Positions 63,510 to 64,000 of a stretch of 64,000 nt of DNA are shown piece by piece. How positions within the stretch are numbered: the first letter of the stretch is position 1; the number at the start of each line of letters is the position of its first letter. The stretch comes from Eledone cirrhosa (lineage: Eukaryota), in NCBI GenBank assembly GCA_964016885.1, contig OZ024741.1:268956001-269020000 (forward strand), written 5' to 3'. Position numbers and translations under genes: made by a program. The notes under the pieces were generated by a model, which had not been told where the DNA came from, did not search any database, and saw only the letters and a program-made list of their open reading frames with translations.

Positions 63510-64000
63510 CACATATATACATACATTTGAGTTCAACTGGGCAAGATCACCATAGCTTTGATCTAACATTCCAAGAGTGACACTGTACTTTTTAATCAAT
63601 ATACTGTCTTTCAAGCTCTGTATTTTCTCACAAATGCTGCTTTATTTATTCCCATAATAGGTATCTTTATAAATAGTAGTAGCATAGTGATTCTGAAGCA
63701 GGAGGCACTTGGCTTCCATCCTAAGGGAACAATCCAAACTGGGAAAGAATAGTGAATGTTGTGTATATATCAAATGAAATATCAATGTACCCAACTATAA
63801 GGGTGATTATGAATTAACAGTTGACACACAACAAAACAAAACAAATCTGCTGCTTAAGATCCCATTTGAAAGTATATGATTATTGGGGGGTTGCAAAGCT
63901 TCCTCTTTTTAATAAGGCATGCTGGTGAAAACATTGAGATCATAATGAAAGTTAGGTAGGAATTGAAGAAAATCTAAGAGTGCAACATGTGGAATGTGTC

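Noticed and set aside
60220-64000. Second gene or defined ER polyadenylation site
   Set aside because: No credible exons; AATAAA words are common in this AT-rich sequence, so no 3' end can be assigned.

Overview
AT-rich eukaryotic DNA dense in (TA)n/(CA)n microsatellites. It is almost certainly an octopus (coleoid cephalopod) genome, inferred from the receptor protein and the SINE/RTE repeat content. The only host gene found is a molluscan estrogen receptor (NR3A) on the + strand. Seven coding exons run from the first zinc finger (23480) to the stop codon (53430). The N-terminal exon(s) were not found and probably lie upstream of the window. One intron has a non-canonical TT donor at the conserved splice position (38327). 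The rest is repeats: Penelope-like element (PLE) relics, RTE, CR1, Tx1 and R4/Dong LINE pieces, two tRNA-SINE types, an internally deleted mariner, hAT/piggyBac/Helentron MITEs and several minisatellites. The most striking unannotated signal is about 17 short non-coding fold-back elements from many unrelated sequence families, nearly all inserted in or beside (TA)n tracts. They share one architecture: inverted arm, forward arm, short tail. About a dozen carry a minimal type I hammerhead ribozyme motif with correctly paired stems, and many tails share a GAG(T/C)(A/G)CTCT motif. I interpret them as non-autonomous PLE-derived, (TA)n-targeting ribozyme retroelements inserted by twin priming. All coordinates were read by eye, and repeat boundaries are approximate.
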